This document shows, piece after piece, positions 26,828 through 35,925 of a stretch of 64,000 bases of DNA. The translations under genes and the position numbers were made by a program. Each line of letters starts with the position of its first letter. Position 1 is the stretch's first letter. Location: positions 9,440 to 73,439 of the IMG/VR virus record IMGVR_UViG_3300033070_001154; one strand, written 5' to 3'. Origin of the DNA: a virus (Duplodnaviria > Caudoviricetes). The notes below the pieces were generated by a model, which was not told the DNA's origin, ran no database searches, and saw only the letters and a program-made list of their open reading frames with translations.

Positions 26828-27280
26828 TCAGCCTGCCCGACGCTTGGAGGAGTCGGAGATCCCAGCCCGCTGCTGCGAGATGCTGTTGTTGCCCAGCTGC
26901 TCCAGCATCCGGGACTTGGACATCAGGGCCAGCACCGCCGCACGCATCCGCTTGGCGTTGCCCTCGGCCTGGATGTACTTCACGCGGTAGCGGCTGTACT
27001 CCGGATCCGTCTCGATCCCCGCCTCCAGCCCCGACTCGGTCAGCTTCTCCGACTTGTCCGCCCGGAGACGCTTGTAGACCTCGGCGTGCTTCTGCTCCAT
27101 GTCGGCCTTGGCCTGGAGCTGCATCTCGATCGCCGTGGCCTCCAGGTTGCCCCAGTGCCAGAGCAACCCCGGCATCCGCCGGAACTCCGCATCCAGGTCG
27201 GCGCCCACACCCAGAGCCGACACGATCCCCATGTCCTCGTTGCCCATCTCTTCTCTCTCCTCGGACCACTCTGGGTCCAT
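26828..27280 (-). CDS. uvsY: UvsY-like recombination mediator
   Basis: Helical 150 aa with IETDPEY..ALMSKSRMLEQL pattern; next to gp32-like SSB. Confidence 0.6.
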   Translation of the reverse strand: MDPEWSEEREEMGNEDMGIVSALGVGADLDAEFRRMPGLLWHWGNLEATAIEMQLQAKADMEQKHAEVYKRLRADKSEKLTESGLEAGIETDPEYSRYRVKYIQAEGNAKRMRAAVLALMSKSRMLEQLGNNSISQQRAGISDSSKRRAG

Positions 27281-27349
27281 TCCCGCCGCCTTTGTGGCGA
27301 CAGAGACTTTATGCCACTTCCGGGGCTACTCGTCCCCGGAAGAACAGGG

Positions 27350-27755
27350 TCAGGTGGACGTAGCCTGTCCGACCAGCGCGTAGCGCCTGCGGTGTGAACC
27401 CGTGTGCAGCGGCTCCGAGATCAGCAGCCCCCGCTTCTCCAGCCTGATGCAGACGGAGTTCACGGAGTTGTTGAGCACCTCGGTCCCGAAGTCCGTGTTG
27501 ATCTTGTCCGTGATCCAGGGCACCGACAGGAAGCGCCTTCTTCCTGGTCCTCTTCGGGACCGACTCTGACATCCGCCTGTGCACCTGCTCCGCTACTGCG
27601 TGCAGCGCGAACACATCACGATCGCAGTCCAGACACGTCCCCCCTGTCGGAGGGACCTCCACGCCGAGGATCAACTTCACCCTCCCCAGCATCCAGGCCG
27701 GAGGCTCATCAACCTCCGGCGATTCCTCTCCGCACCGCCTGCACACCCTCGCCAT
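27350..27755 (-). CDS. Zn-ribbon plus winged-helix protein, coding frame switches by +1 near 27530
   Basis: N-part MARVCRRC..CLDC..KRTRKK is GC3-rich; downstream the GC3-rich frame is +1 (RFLSVPWITDKIN..VCIRLEKRGLL..RRRYAL-stop 27350). Confidence 0.45.
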
Positions 27756-27776
27756 ACCCTCTCCTCTCTTATGCCC

Positions 27777-30700
27777 TCACTTGAGCTTGACCTTTTCCAT
27801 CTGCCCCCAAGACCGGCCCTTCTTCACGTCGATGGCCAGCGGGACCTTCTGGAGATAGCCCACCTTCTGACCGGGGATGTTGTCGGTCATGAGCTGCTGG
27901 AGATAGGCGATGGTCTTGTCCACGTCCTCGTCCCTCACCATCAGCATGATCGAGTCGTAGATCTGGAGCAGGAACTGCCCTCCGTTGGTGTTGGCATCCA
28001 ACCAGAGCTGGGCCTTCCAGATCATGGAAGTGATGATGTCAACCGCACTGCCCTGCGCCTCCCCGTTCCAGGAAGATCGGGCGTGGTTCTGCCACCGGGT
28101 CTTGTCCGCGCTCTTCTCCCTGTCCGACGGATTGGGAGGAGGTAACCCGAGGTGCCAGAGCGGTCGGTGCCTGGCCTCCTTGCCCCTCCAGCGGGTGACC
28201 GACCGACCCGTCATGGTGCAGTCGCCCAGACGCGACTTCATCCAGGGGAGAAGGTTGGTGTAGGAGCCGAAGAGAGCCGTGGCCAGATCGTTGCCCTCCT
28301 TGCTGGAGATGCCCAGGCGCTTGGAGAGCATGAAGCCCAGCTGCTCGGGCAGCTCGTAGATGGCCGCGAAGTTGGTCGTCTTGGCCCTCTCCCTGTCGAT
28401 GTCCGTAACCTTCTCCGGATCCTTGCCCAGGACCGTGGCGAACCTCTTGGCCGATGCCATGTGGAAGTCCACGTTTGCATCACGGATGATCCCGATGCCC
28501 AGTGGGTCATCACACAGGTCCATCACCTCCCGAATCTCGATCTGCCCTTCGTCCGCCTCCAGCAGGGTCCAGCCCTGGGGCATGGCGTGGCACTCCCGGA
28601 GCATCGTTCCGAGCTTGCGGGACTCCTCATCACGGCCCTTGAGCCGGTTGAAAAAGTTGGGATCAGAGCTCGATGGGCGACCCGTGTTGTGGGTGACGAT
28701 ACCGCCCGTGACGTGGCTCTCGTCCTCTTCGACGGTGAGCCCGTAGACTATCTCGCTCGGAAGAACCTCGATCTTGTCGATCGGGCTGTCGTAGAACCTG
28801 TGCGGCCTGCCGAGTCGGCCAGTGAAGGCCATACCGACCATGAGCGTGGTGACCATCACCCCCGGTTCAAGCTCATCTGCCCTCATCCAACCTTCGGGGG
28901 TCATGTACATGTGGTTCCCCGAGGTACGGAGTGTGAGCCCAGACTTGGTTGTCACACGGTAGATACGAGACGCCGGGAAGACAGCGGAGTCCGTCACAGG
29001 TCGCCAGCGGCCCATATGGGTCATCACCAACTCCCCAGGTGCAATCTCTTCAACCTTCCTGTACCCCGTGGAAGTGAGCACCAGCTCCCCTGCGGGCATA
29101 CACTCGGTCCCGTCCTGGAGGAAGCTGGGATGTACCCGGCCATCGCTCCGGATGTACGGGAGCAGCCCCTCCGCGAAGTTGTCCTGGGTGTGCTTGTACA
29201 TCTTCCAGGCCAGGATCAGATCGACCAGAGGGTGCTTGCCCTTGAACTCCTCCATCGTGCCCTTGTCCATCTGCGTCTGACCCGTGACGGTCTTGCGCTT
29301 GGACTTGAAGCCCCGCTTCTCCAGGGCCTTCACCACCTGCTGTGGAGCGTTGGGATTGAGACCCGGCTCGTGGGCCTGAATCTTCAGGCCCAGCTTGTCG
29401 ATCTCCACGTTCAGGTAGTCGCGGAGCAGCTCCACCCGCTTCTTGTCCGTAGGAAAGCCGGTGAGTCGGGCGCAACACCAGGCCCACATCGCCGGCTGGG
29501 CCACCTCGTCCCAGACCATGTGGAGATTGGGGTTCTCGATCAGACGATCGTTGCACCACTCCTCCAGGTAGAAGCTGGTGAGCGCATCCCTGGCGCAGTA
29601 GCGATGCAGGATGCGGGTGTCCAGGTAGCGGTAGGCGAACTTCTCCTCGTCGAAGCCCTGGTCCAGGTACTCGAACCACTCATCAGGCACGCACCGCTTC
29701 TTGAGGTGGCGAAGCTCCGGCTCAGGGCGCTTCCGCCCCGTAGGGGTCGGGTGCCTCGCCATCGCCAGCTTGCGGAGCTCGGTGCCGATGGCCGTGATCA
29801 GGGAGTGGGCTTCGACCTTGTGACCCCCCATCCCCACCAGCTCCGCAGCCGTTCCAAGGTCTGCCTTGGCATCCGCCTCGAAGAGCTTGCGCTTGATCCG
29901 GGAGTCCGACTGGAGATTGAGAATCCAACGGTTGCGACGGGAAACCTGCTGCCCCTTGATCAGAGGCTCGCACTCCATCGCCACCAGATCGTACTGACCA
30001 TTCCAGGTAGCCTGCGCCTGCTCCTCCAGAACCACTGCCAGCGCCCCGACCACAGCAGGGTTCTCGATGGCATCCCGACCCCAGACGTAGGTGTCCTCCC
30101 CGTTGGACACAGCCACGCACTCCACACGGAAGTCGGGCTCGTGAAGCATCCCCGAGGTCTCAGAGTCCATCGCCGTGAAGGGTCCACGGAGAAGCACCTC
30201 CATCGCCTCTACAGCGTCCTCCTCGGTCCGAACCTCCTGGTAGGTGGCATCCAGGCCCCGGAAGGCCGGAAGGGTGCCCAGGAGGGCAGCACGGAGGTCC
30301 TCTTCCAATGCCCTGGCGATCAGCTTGTTCCGCATGGCGTAGCTGGGGTCGCCGAGCAGGAAGGCCGGACGGGGCTCCGGGTCCATGAATCCGCCCTCGT
30401 CTTGGCGGAAGAACCACCCGAAGCCCTTGCGGACCGAGAGCGGCTGGAAGCTGCGACCCAGGAACCCGAGGCCAGCCAGTCCATCGAAGAGCAGGACGAC
30501 CTTGGGGTCGGCGTCCTTGAGGATCCCGTGGAGGTAGGGCCGGCAGGCCTCGACGGGCTCGACCAGGTCCTTGGCTTCCATCCCGGGGGCAGGCTTGCAG
30601 CCGAGGGCGTAGGTGTAGACGACCTTGCGATCGGGGGCGATACGGGCGATCAGCTCCCGTAGCCAGCGACCGGATTGGGAGGCAGCGGGACGGCCAAGGT

Positions 30701-30893
30701 GTCGCTCGAACTCTGTGGGGTGGTCCAGGACCACCAGGATGTCACCGGGCTCCCCCTCCGCAGGGAGACAGCGCTTGCCCTCCGGGTTGCTCTGGGAGAG
30801 CTCGCAGAGGTTGCAGTTGGGATCCTTGTCCAGGCTGTGGACCTTCTGAACCTCAGGAAGCGGGATCTCGGGGAAGATCGGCAGTCGTCTCAT
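27777..30893 (-). CDS. polA: Family A DNA polymerase with N-terminal UDG-like Fe-S domain, 3'-5' exonuclease and mini-intein
   Basis: Exo motifs DSETSG, NGQYD, YCARD; pol motifs TGR, DEGQIEIR, RAKTTNF..Y, QG, YDS; N-terminal CNLC..C..C. Confidence 0.9.
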   Translation of the reverse strand: MRRLPIFPEIPLPEVQKVHSLDKDPNCNLCELSQSNPEGKRCLPAEGEPGDILVVLDHPTEFERHLGRPAASQSGRWLRELIARIAPDRKVVYTYALGCKPAPGMEAKDLVEPVEACRPYLHGILKDADPKVVLLFDGLAGLGFLGRSFQPLSVRKGFGWFFRQDEGGFMDPEPRPAFLLGDPSYAMRNKLIARALEEDLRAALLGTLPAFRGLDATYQEVRTEEDAVEAMEVLLRGPFTAMDSETSGMLHEPDFRVECVAVSNGEDTYVWGRDAIENPAVVGALAVVLEEQAQATWNGQYDLVAMECEPLIKGQQVSRRNRWILNLQSDSRIKRKLFEADAKADLGTAAELVGMGGHKVEAHSLITAIGTELRKLAMARHPTPTGRKRPEPELRHLKKRCVPDEWFEYLDQGFDEEKFAYRYLDTRILHRYCARDALTSFYLEEWCNDRLIENPNLHMVWDEVAQPAMWAWCCARLTGFPTDKKRVELLRDYLNVEIDKLGLKIQAHEPGLNPNAPQQVVKALEKRGFKSKRKTVTGQTQMDKGTMEEFKGKHPLVDLILAWKMYKHTQDNFAEGLLPYIRSDGRVHPSFLQDGTECMPAGELVLTSTGYRKVEEIAPGELVMTHMGRWRPVTDSAVFPASRIYRVTTKSGLTLRTSGNHMYMTPEGWMRADELEPGVMVTTLMVGMAFTGRLGRPHRFYDSPIDKIEVLPSEIVYGLTVEEDESHVTGGIVTHNTGRPSSSDPNFFNRLKGRDEESRKLGTMLRECHAMPQGWTLLEADEGQIEIREVMDLCDDPLGIGIIRDANVDFHMASAKRFATVLGKDPEKVTDIDRERAKTTNFAAIYELPEQLGFMLSKRLGISSKEGNDLATALFGSYTNLLPWMKSRLGDCTMTGRSVTRWRGKEARHRPLWHLGLPPPNPSDREKSADKTRWQNHARSSWNGEAQGSAVDIITSMIWKAQLWLDANTNGGQFLLQIYDSIMLMVRDEDVDKTIAYLQQLMTDNIPGQKVGYLQKVPLAIDVKKGRSWGQMEKVKLK
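28686..29102 (-). mobile_element. Mini-intein (139 aa, no endonuclease) in DNA polymerase
   Basis: GTE|CMPAGELV..TSGNH..VYGLTVEEDESHVTGGIVTHN|TGR; Cys1, block B His, terminal HN, +1 Thr. Confidence 0.92.
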
Positions 30894-30897
30894 GTTG

Positions 30898-31122
30898 CTA
30901 TCTCGCATATGGAAGGAGAGAGGTGTAGGCGCGATCCAGTGCACGGAGCCCCGGCTCGCAACAGTGACAGACCAGCACGAGGTTGCCGTTGTCCGCGGTG
31001 CAACTGTACCGGGGCTGTGCTCCCAGGATCTCCAGGACAGGTCGCAGTTCTCCGGTGACGTAGACGAAGTCCCCATCCCACGGCCCATTACAGATCACAC
31101 AGGCCAGGGACGGGGACGACAT
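30898..31122 (-). CDS. Small CxxC hypothetical protein
   Basis: CVIC..CHCC, 74 aa. Confidence 0.5.
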   Translation of the reverse strand: MSSPSLACVICNGPWDGDFVYVTGELRPVLEILGAQPRYSCTADNGNLVLVCHCCEPGLRALDRAYTSLLPYAR

Positions 31123-31131
31123 GGCGGGGTC

Positions 31132-32073
31132 TCAGGTCTGAGAGGGCTGGACGGGATGGTACGCCTGGCTGGGGAGGATGCAGCTCACATCCGAACCGTC
31201 GTGGTTCACGATCACGGTGGTGGTGTTCCGCTCGATCTCCGGTGACCGGAAGTTCCGGTCATGAAGGATGACCGTGGTGTTCGTGCCCTCGTCCTTCAAC
31301 CGGGCATCGGAGCCGAGCCTCACCACGGCCCTCGCAGCTCTGGGACGGACGTGACAGATGGCACCGCTAGCCACGTCGGCTGATCCGTCGCGACAGTCCA
31401 CGACCATCTTGGCCTTGCTGCCATTGGCGCACCCGTAGGCCCCAGGATCGCGGACGATGATGGTACCGCCGTTGTAGGCTCGTGCCTGTCCACCGCGGTG
31501 GACATCGGCGGTGCCCCCATAGAGAACAGCCTCCCCGCCAGAGAAGACATCCGCACGGGCCTGCTCGTAGAGGGTTACGGTACCGCCGGTGGAGACGGTG
31601 ACCACGGACCTTCCGTAGGCCTTCACGCTCCTGGTGCGCTTGTCGAGCGTGAGACGCGCCGTGCCCCCGACGTAGATGCTCCTGTGGCCCTCCAGCTTCT
31701 TGACGGGAATCTCACCATCGCCATGGAAGATCCCGAACTGCTCCAGCTCCTCCACGGTCAGAGGGCGTAGCAGTCTCACCTCGGGGACGGCGAACTTGTC
31801 CCCGCGATTGTGGACCTGTCGCTTGCCCCTGTACTCGACCACATAGGCCACGCACTTCTGGCTCTCCGACCACCATTCCTGGGGGGCGTAGGTCAGATGG
31901 TAGCCGGTGTTGCAGATCGCCACCTTCGTCTTGGGCAGCCACGCTCCGGGCTCGTAGGTGCCATCGGTATTGAGCTTGGGAAGGGGCCACTTGAGCTTGC
32001 CCCCGTGGAAGCTCCGGCCCGAGAGCAGGACCTTGATCCCCTGCCTCGGGCCGAGGAACTTCGGGCGTTTCAC
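31132..32073 (-). CDS. Hypothetical protein with beta-helix-like repeats
   Basis: N-terminal ICNTGYHL..DKFAVPEVRLL domain then G/A/V-rich ~8-residue repeats. Confidence 0.6.
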   Translation of the reverse strand: MKRPKFLGPRQGIKVLLSGRSFHGGKLKWPLPKLNTDGTYEPGAWLPKTKVAICNTGYHLTYAPQEWWSESQKCVAYVVEYRGKRQVHNRGDKFAVPEVRLLRPLTVEELEQFGIFHGDGEIPVKKLEGHRSIYVGGTARLTLDKRTRSVKAYGRSVVTVSTGGTVTLYEQARADVFSGGEAVLYGGTADVHRGGQARAYNGGTIIVRDPGAYGCANGSKAKMVVDCRDGSADVASGAICHVRPRAARAVVRLGSDARLKDEGTNTTVILHDRNFRSPEIERNTTTVIVNHDGSDVSCILPSQAYHPVQPSQT

Positions 32074-33020
32074 GCCCCGACGACCTTCACCTTGCCCGCC
32101 GCGGCGAACAGGGGGAAGCGGGTGCTGGTGAGCACCGCACGGATCTCGTCGGCGCTGGTGAGGAGCGGGTGCCGACCCACCATGGAGAGGAGGAAGTCCT
32201 GCACCAGGTCACGGGTGACCTCGCGGGCGTCGTTCGCCTTGGCCATGCAGGCCAGCTTGACCGCCGTGCCGAGCTTGGGCGCCGGGTCATCGGTCAGCGA
32301 CTTGAGGAAGCTCGCCGCCTTGGGGTCATCCTGCACCGCCGCCTCCACAACGGGCGGCGACGCGATGTACGAGGAGCCGACGCCTTGCATCATGCGCTGA
32401 CGCTCCACCAGCAGCTCCTTGATCTTGTCCCCGGCCTCCACGGGGGTGATGTTCATGGTCTTGGCCAGGTGACCGGCGATCACCAGACGGGCCCGGTCGC
32501 GGATCGACGGGTGCCGCTTGAACAGGTCCTGGCTCTCCAGCCAGATCCGGACCGCGGAGGGCGGATCGACCACCTCGCGGAGCGAGTCCTCGAACACCCC
32601 GAAGGCCATCTCGTCCTCCGCCTCCCGGTCCTCCGGAGCGATCTCGGCGGGCTTGGGAGCGTCGAGCCGGCCCCCCATGTCCACCTTGAAGTCGTCCTCC
32701 GGGGGAACCACCGGAGCCGCCACCGGGGTGACCGGGAGCTCGCGCTGCGCCAGGCCCTTGAGGTCCGGACCCTCGGGCGTCACCACCGGCTCGGGCTTGG
32801 GCTCCTCGATCGCCGTCTTGGACTTGCGGGTCTTCTTGGGCTCCTCCACGGAGACCAGCTCCATCTCCGAGGCGAGGTACCGCTCCAGCTTGTCCACCAG
32901 CGCCATCGCCTCCCCACGGGGGATGCCGTTCTCGCTGTTGGAGGTGAGCACCACCGTCAGCTCCTCCTCGCCCCAGTTGACGGTGGTCACCGTGAGGCCG
33001 TGCTTCTTCTCGTTCGTCAT
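32070..33020 (-). CDS. Hypothetical protein, Pro/Glu-rich linker
   Basis: Start MTNEKK at 33020 after GAGAGAGGG; very GC3-rich. Confidence 0.65.
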   Translation of the reverse strand: MTNEKKHGLTVTTVNWGEEELTVVLTSNSENGIPRGEAMALVDKLERYLASEMELVSVEEPKKTRKSKTAIEEPKPEPVVTPEGPDLKGLAQRELPVTPVAAPVVPPEDDFKVDMGGRLDAPKPAEIAPEDREAEDEMAFGVFEDSLREVVDPPSAVRIWLESQDLFKRHPSIRDRARLVIAGHLAKTMNITPVEAGDKIKELLVERQRMMQGVGSSYIASPPVVEAAVQDDPKAASFLKSLTDDPAPKLGTAVKLACMAKANDAREVTRDLVQDFLLSMVGRHPLLTSADEIRAVLTSTRFPLFAAAGKVKVVGA

Positions 33021-33088
33021 GATCTTGATTCCCTCTCTCGATCTCTCCACTACAGGTACCAGAACCGCTCCGGCACCTTCTGCCCGGA

Positions 33089-33442
33089 TCAGGTCGATCC
33101 GTTCATGCCCTTCTTCATCCAGATGTCGATGCTCGGGCTCACCCCCGTGGGATCCGGTCGCACCTCCACCAGGAACTCGTGCCCGTTGGCCAGAAGCAGG
33201 TGCAGGGCCTTCTGCCCCTTCGGCAGGTAGCCCACCACCGAAGCCTTCTCCCCCTCCGGCCTCGCCACCACCCTGACCGCCCACTGGTCGTGCTGGTTGT
33301 TGCTCTGTGCCTGTACCTTCACGGGCAGACCCGGAACGAACTGGTGCATCCGCTGCGCCCAGTCGTGGTGGGGCGCTCCCACCACGCTCGACGTGGCGAT
33401 CTGAAAGTAGCCCTCGAACCTGTTGACCGTCTCTTCGCTCAT
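33089..33442 (-). CDS. Stand-alone HIRAN domain protein
   Basis: VVGAPHH..QSNNQHDQWAVRV..VGYLP. Confidence 0.7.
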   Translation of the reverse strand: MSEETVNRFEGYFQIATSSVVGAPHHDWAQRMHQFVPGLPVKVQAQSNNQHDQWAVRVVARPEGEKASVVGYLPKGQKALHLLLANGHEFLVEVRPDPTGVSPSIDIWMKKGMNGST

Positions 33443-34326
33443 CGCTTCCTCAGTAGCTTTCGGGCCTCTTCGTAGATCCAGGCCCTGTCCATGTTGTCCG
33501 GATCCATCTTCGGGGGCAGCCTGATCGTTCCCCCCCGAATCCCCATCACCTCCATCGTCAGTGCCGCTGCCTCCCCCTTCCTCCATGCATCCCCATCCAA
33601 TACCCAAACCACGGGACGCTTCGCTGCCCTGAGCTTCTCCATCTGCTCGTGGCCCCAGGTCCCCAGGACCGCAAAGCCATCCGGATAGAGGAAGGCCGCA
33701 TCCAGAGTACCTTCGACTCCCAGAGCCGGGACATCCGTCTCCTTCCAGAGCACCTCCTCCCGGTAGAGCACCTTCGCCCTGCTCATCCCCCTGGAGTACA
33801 GGTAGGGAAGGCTGGACTTCTTCGTGTAGTCCCTGCCCACATACCCAAACCAGGAGCTCGGATCGTGAGGATCCAGGATCGGGATGATCAGCCTGCCTCG
33901 GAAGTCCTGCTCGCCCTCCTCACGGTTCGCCCGGTGAAGGGTCATACCCATTCGGGTCGCGGCTATTGCGTCTCTTGTTATGCCACGTTTCAGCGCGTAC
34001 TCGTGCGCCGCGTTGCCGATTATCGACGGATATCGACCGAGTTCATGGAAACCCTCCGGCGGGTCAACCAGCGACACCGCATTGCCGGGGCGGGAAGGGG
34101 TCTGGAAGGCGCGGGAGAGTGCGTCTTGGGGCGTAAGCCACCCGTAGGCTTTGCAGCGCCAGCAAGACCACTTTCCGGTCGCTGGGATGTAGTCGAGCTT
34201 CTTCTTCCGGGTGTGATGTCCGGAGAGGAGACAGAAGGGGCAGACGGCCCGGATGATCCCGTTGGAGTCCCGCTCCGAGGAGACGGCCTCCAGCACCAGT
34301 TGGGTTCTACGATCCATGGGGATCAC
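33439..34326 (-). CDS. dnaG: DNA primase (DnaG-like zinc finger + TOPRIM)
   Basis: CPFC..CWRC zinc finger, GRLIIPI, VEGTLDA, LDGDA. Confidence 0.85.
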   Translation of the reverse strand: MIPMDRRTQLVLEAVSSERDSNGIIRAVCPFCLLSGHHTRKKKLDYIPATGKWSCWRCKAYGWLTPQDALSRAFQTPSRPGNAVSLVDPPEGFHELGRYPSIIGNAAHEYALKRGITRDAIAATRMGMTLHRANREEGEQDFRGRLIIPILDPHDPSSWFGYVGRDYTKKSSLPYLYSRGMSRAKVLYREEVLWKETDVPALGVEGTLDAAFLYPDGFAVLGTWGHEQMEKLRAAKRPVVWVLDGDAWRKGEAAALTMEVMGIRGGTIRLPPKMDPDNMDRAWIYEEARKLLRKR

Positions 34327-34600
34327 GCCCTGCCCAGATGCGGGTGAGGTAGTAGACGGCGTACCGGACGGCTGCGAGCTCCGAGGTGAAGTAGGCCCGA
34401 CAGACCAGGATCTCGGATGTTCCCACGGTGAGGAAGACCCAGGAGCACGGGTCTTGCAGCTCCGGTGACCAGGACGAGTGGCCGCACACCCCGGCTGTGC
34501 AGCCGTCGACCATGGCTACCGCGTGGCTACGGATCGCCTGCCGGATCTTCCTCCTCTGATTCACAATCACGGTGCTCGGGTCCTGGGACGGGTTCGTCAT
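34307..34600 (-). CDS. Hypothetical protein
   Basis: MTNPSQ.. 97 aa. Confidence 0.5.
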   Translation of the reverse strand: MTNPSQDPSTVIVNQRRKIRQAIRSHAVAMVDGCTAGVCGHSSWSPELQDPCSWVFLTVGTSEILVCRAYFTSELAAVRYAVYYLTRIWAGRDPHGS

Positions 34601-34934
34601 CTTCGGCTTCCTCCAGCCCGACCAGTTCGGAGAGGCTGATACGATCCTTCCTGTCCTCGATGGGGTCGGCATCGGGCCTGTACCAGCCGAAGAACATCCA
34701 GGTGTGCTGGGAGATCTGCACCACCCCGCAGGGGCCCTCAGGGTTGGTGATCCGCTCGTCCTTGCTCTCCATGAGGTCTCCGGCATGGGCCGCCGGGTCG
34801 GTACCATCGGGCACCTCGATCCGGAGGAAGAGGGGCCGGCGATGGAGCTTGCCGACAAGCTGGGGAGCGTCCATGGCGGCCCAGGCGTCCTCCCCGACCG
34901 CCGTGACCCGGAACATCCTGGCCCGGGGCCTCAT
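34527..34934 (-). CDS. Hypothetical protein
   Basis: 135 aa; start uncertain. Confidence 0.45.
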   Translation of the reverse strand: MRPRARMFRVTAVGEDAWAAMDAPQLVGKLHRRPLFLRIEVPDGTDPAAHAGDLMESKDERITNPEGPCGVVQISQHTWMFFGWYRPDADPIEDRKDRISLSELVGLEEAEDDEPVPGPEHRDCESEEEDPAGDP

Positions 34935-34961
34935 CCCGGGCGCTCCGCCTTCAGGTGCTTG

Positions 34962-35285
34962 TCATTCATCAGTCTCTCCAGGGCGAAGCGGTGCGTGAAG
35001 GTTGCAGCAGCCGGACATCGAGTAAGCAGGGCGCTTGCACATCTCCCGGATGCCCGCAGTCCTCGTTCTCGTGCGGCAGGTGTATGCCACGATCTGCGTG
35101 GCCTTCAGCCTGGCAGGGGTCGGGGCACCCTTGATCTTCCGGAGGTAGGGCACACGCATCTGCGCGTTGCGGTAGCCCCCGGCGTTGCAGATGGAGCACT
35201 TGAAGGTCCCGGATCCCAGGCCCGTCTGTGCTACCCACTCATGCGGACAGGTGGCCGTGTCGGGACGTTCTGACTTCTTGCTCAT
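34962..35285 (-). CDS. Cys/His-rich hypothetical protein
   Basis: CPHEW..CSIC..C..C..CCNLH. Confidence 0.55.
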   Translation of the reverse strand: MSKKSERPDTATCPHEWVAQTGLGSGTFKCSICNAGGYRNAQMRVPYLRKIKGAPTPARLKATQIVAYTCRTRTRTAGIREMCKRPAYSMSGCCNLHAPLRPGETDE

Positions 35286-35686
35286 TGTCGCCTCGGGAGC
35301 TTGCCGTTGATGGCTTCGTCGAGCAGGTACAGGTACTTCCTTTCCACCCCGGCGATCTCGTTGTTCCTTGCTCGTTCCAGTTCCTTGAGCCGGGCAGCCA
35401 GTGCTGCCCCCTCCTCCGAAGTGCAAATGGCCGCAGCGGCGAAGGTGTACCCCCTACCGTACTCGACGGTCTCCACGTTGCCGTACTGGTTGACCCTGGT
35501 GATGCGACCCCAGAGGTAGAAGGGGTAGTGGCTGTACCTCCAGAAGGCCATCTGTCCGACCCTCTGATCGCCTTTCCGGTAGATGGCGATGTCATTTTTC
35601 ATCCCCACCCACTCGTAGCCCATCTCGACCAGGACCATCCTGGCCTGGTTGTCTGCGGACCAGACCTTCCGCTCTTCGTCGCTCAT
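35282..35686 (-). CDS. Hypothetical protein
   Basis: MSDEERK.. 134 aa, TGATG-coupled. Confidence 0.6.
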   Translation of the reverse strand: MSDEERKVWSADNQARMVLVEMGYEWVGMKNDIAIYRKGDQRVGQMAFWRYSHYPFYLWGRITRVNQYGNVETVEYGRGYTFAAAAICTSEEGAALAARLKELERARNNEIAGVERKYLYLLDEAINGKLPRRQ

Positions 35687-35925
35687 CAGACTCCCCTCTC
35701 TGCCATGATGAAGCTGATGGTCATCCCCAGCCCCTTCGTGTCGCTCATGCCCTCCAGTTGCCGGCCCAGTCGGATCAGGCATTCCGTGATGGACGGGGCT
35801 TCATCCGCGATCTGCGTCATACCGACCGTGTACTGGATCCGGTAGTTGCCATCCGAGGTGCTCCTGAACCTCAGGAAGTGGACATCCCGGAGCAGGATCG
35901 CCATCGCCCTCTCAACCTTGCTCAT
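35686..35925 (-). CDS. Hypothetical protein
   Basis: MSKVER.. 79 aa, coupled. Confidence 0.55.
   Translation of the reverse strand: MSKVERAMAILLRDVHFLRFRSTSDGNYRIQYTVGMTQIADEAPSITECLIRLGRQLEGMSDTKGLGMTISFIMAERGV

Noticed and set aside
31132-32073. Repeat protein as a diversity-generating retroelement target
   Set aside because: No reverse transcriptase and no template/variable repeat pair found
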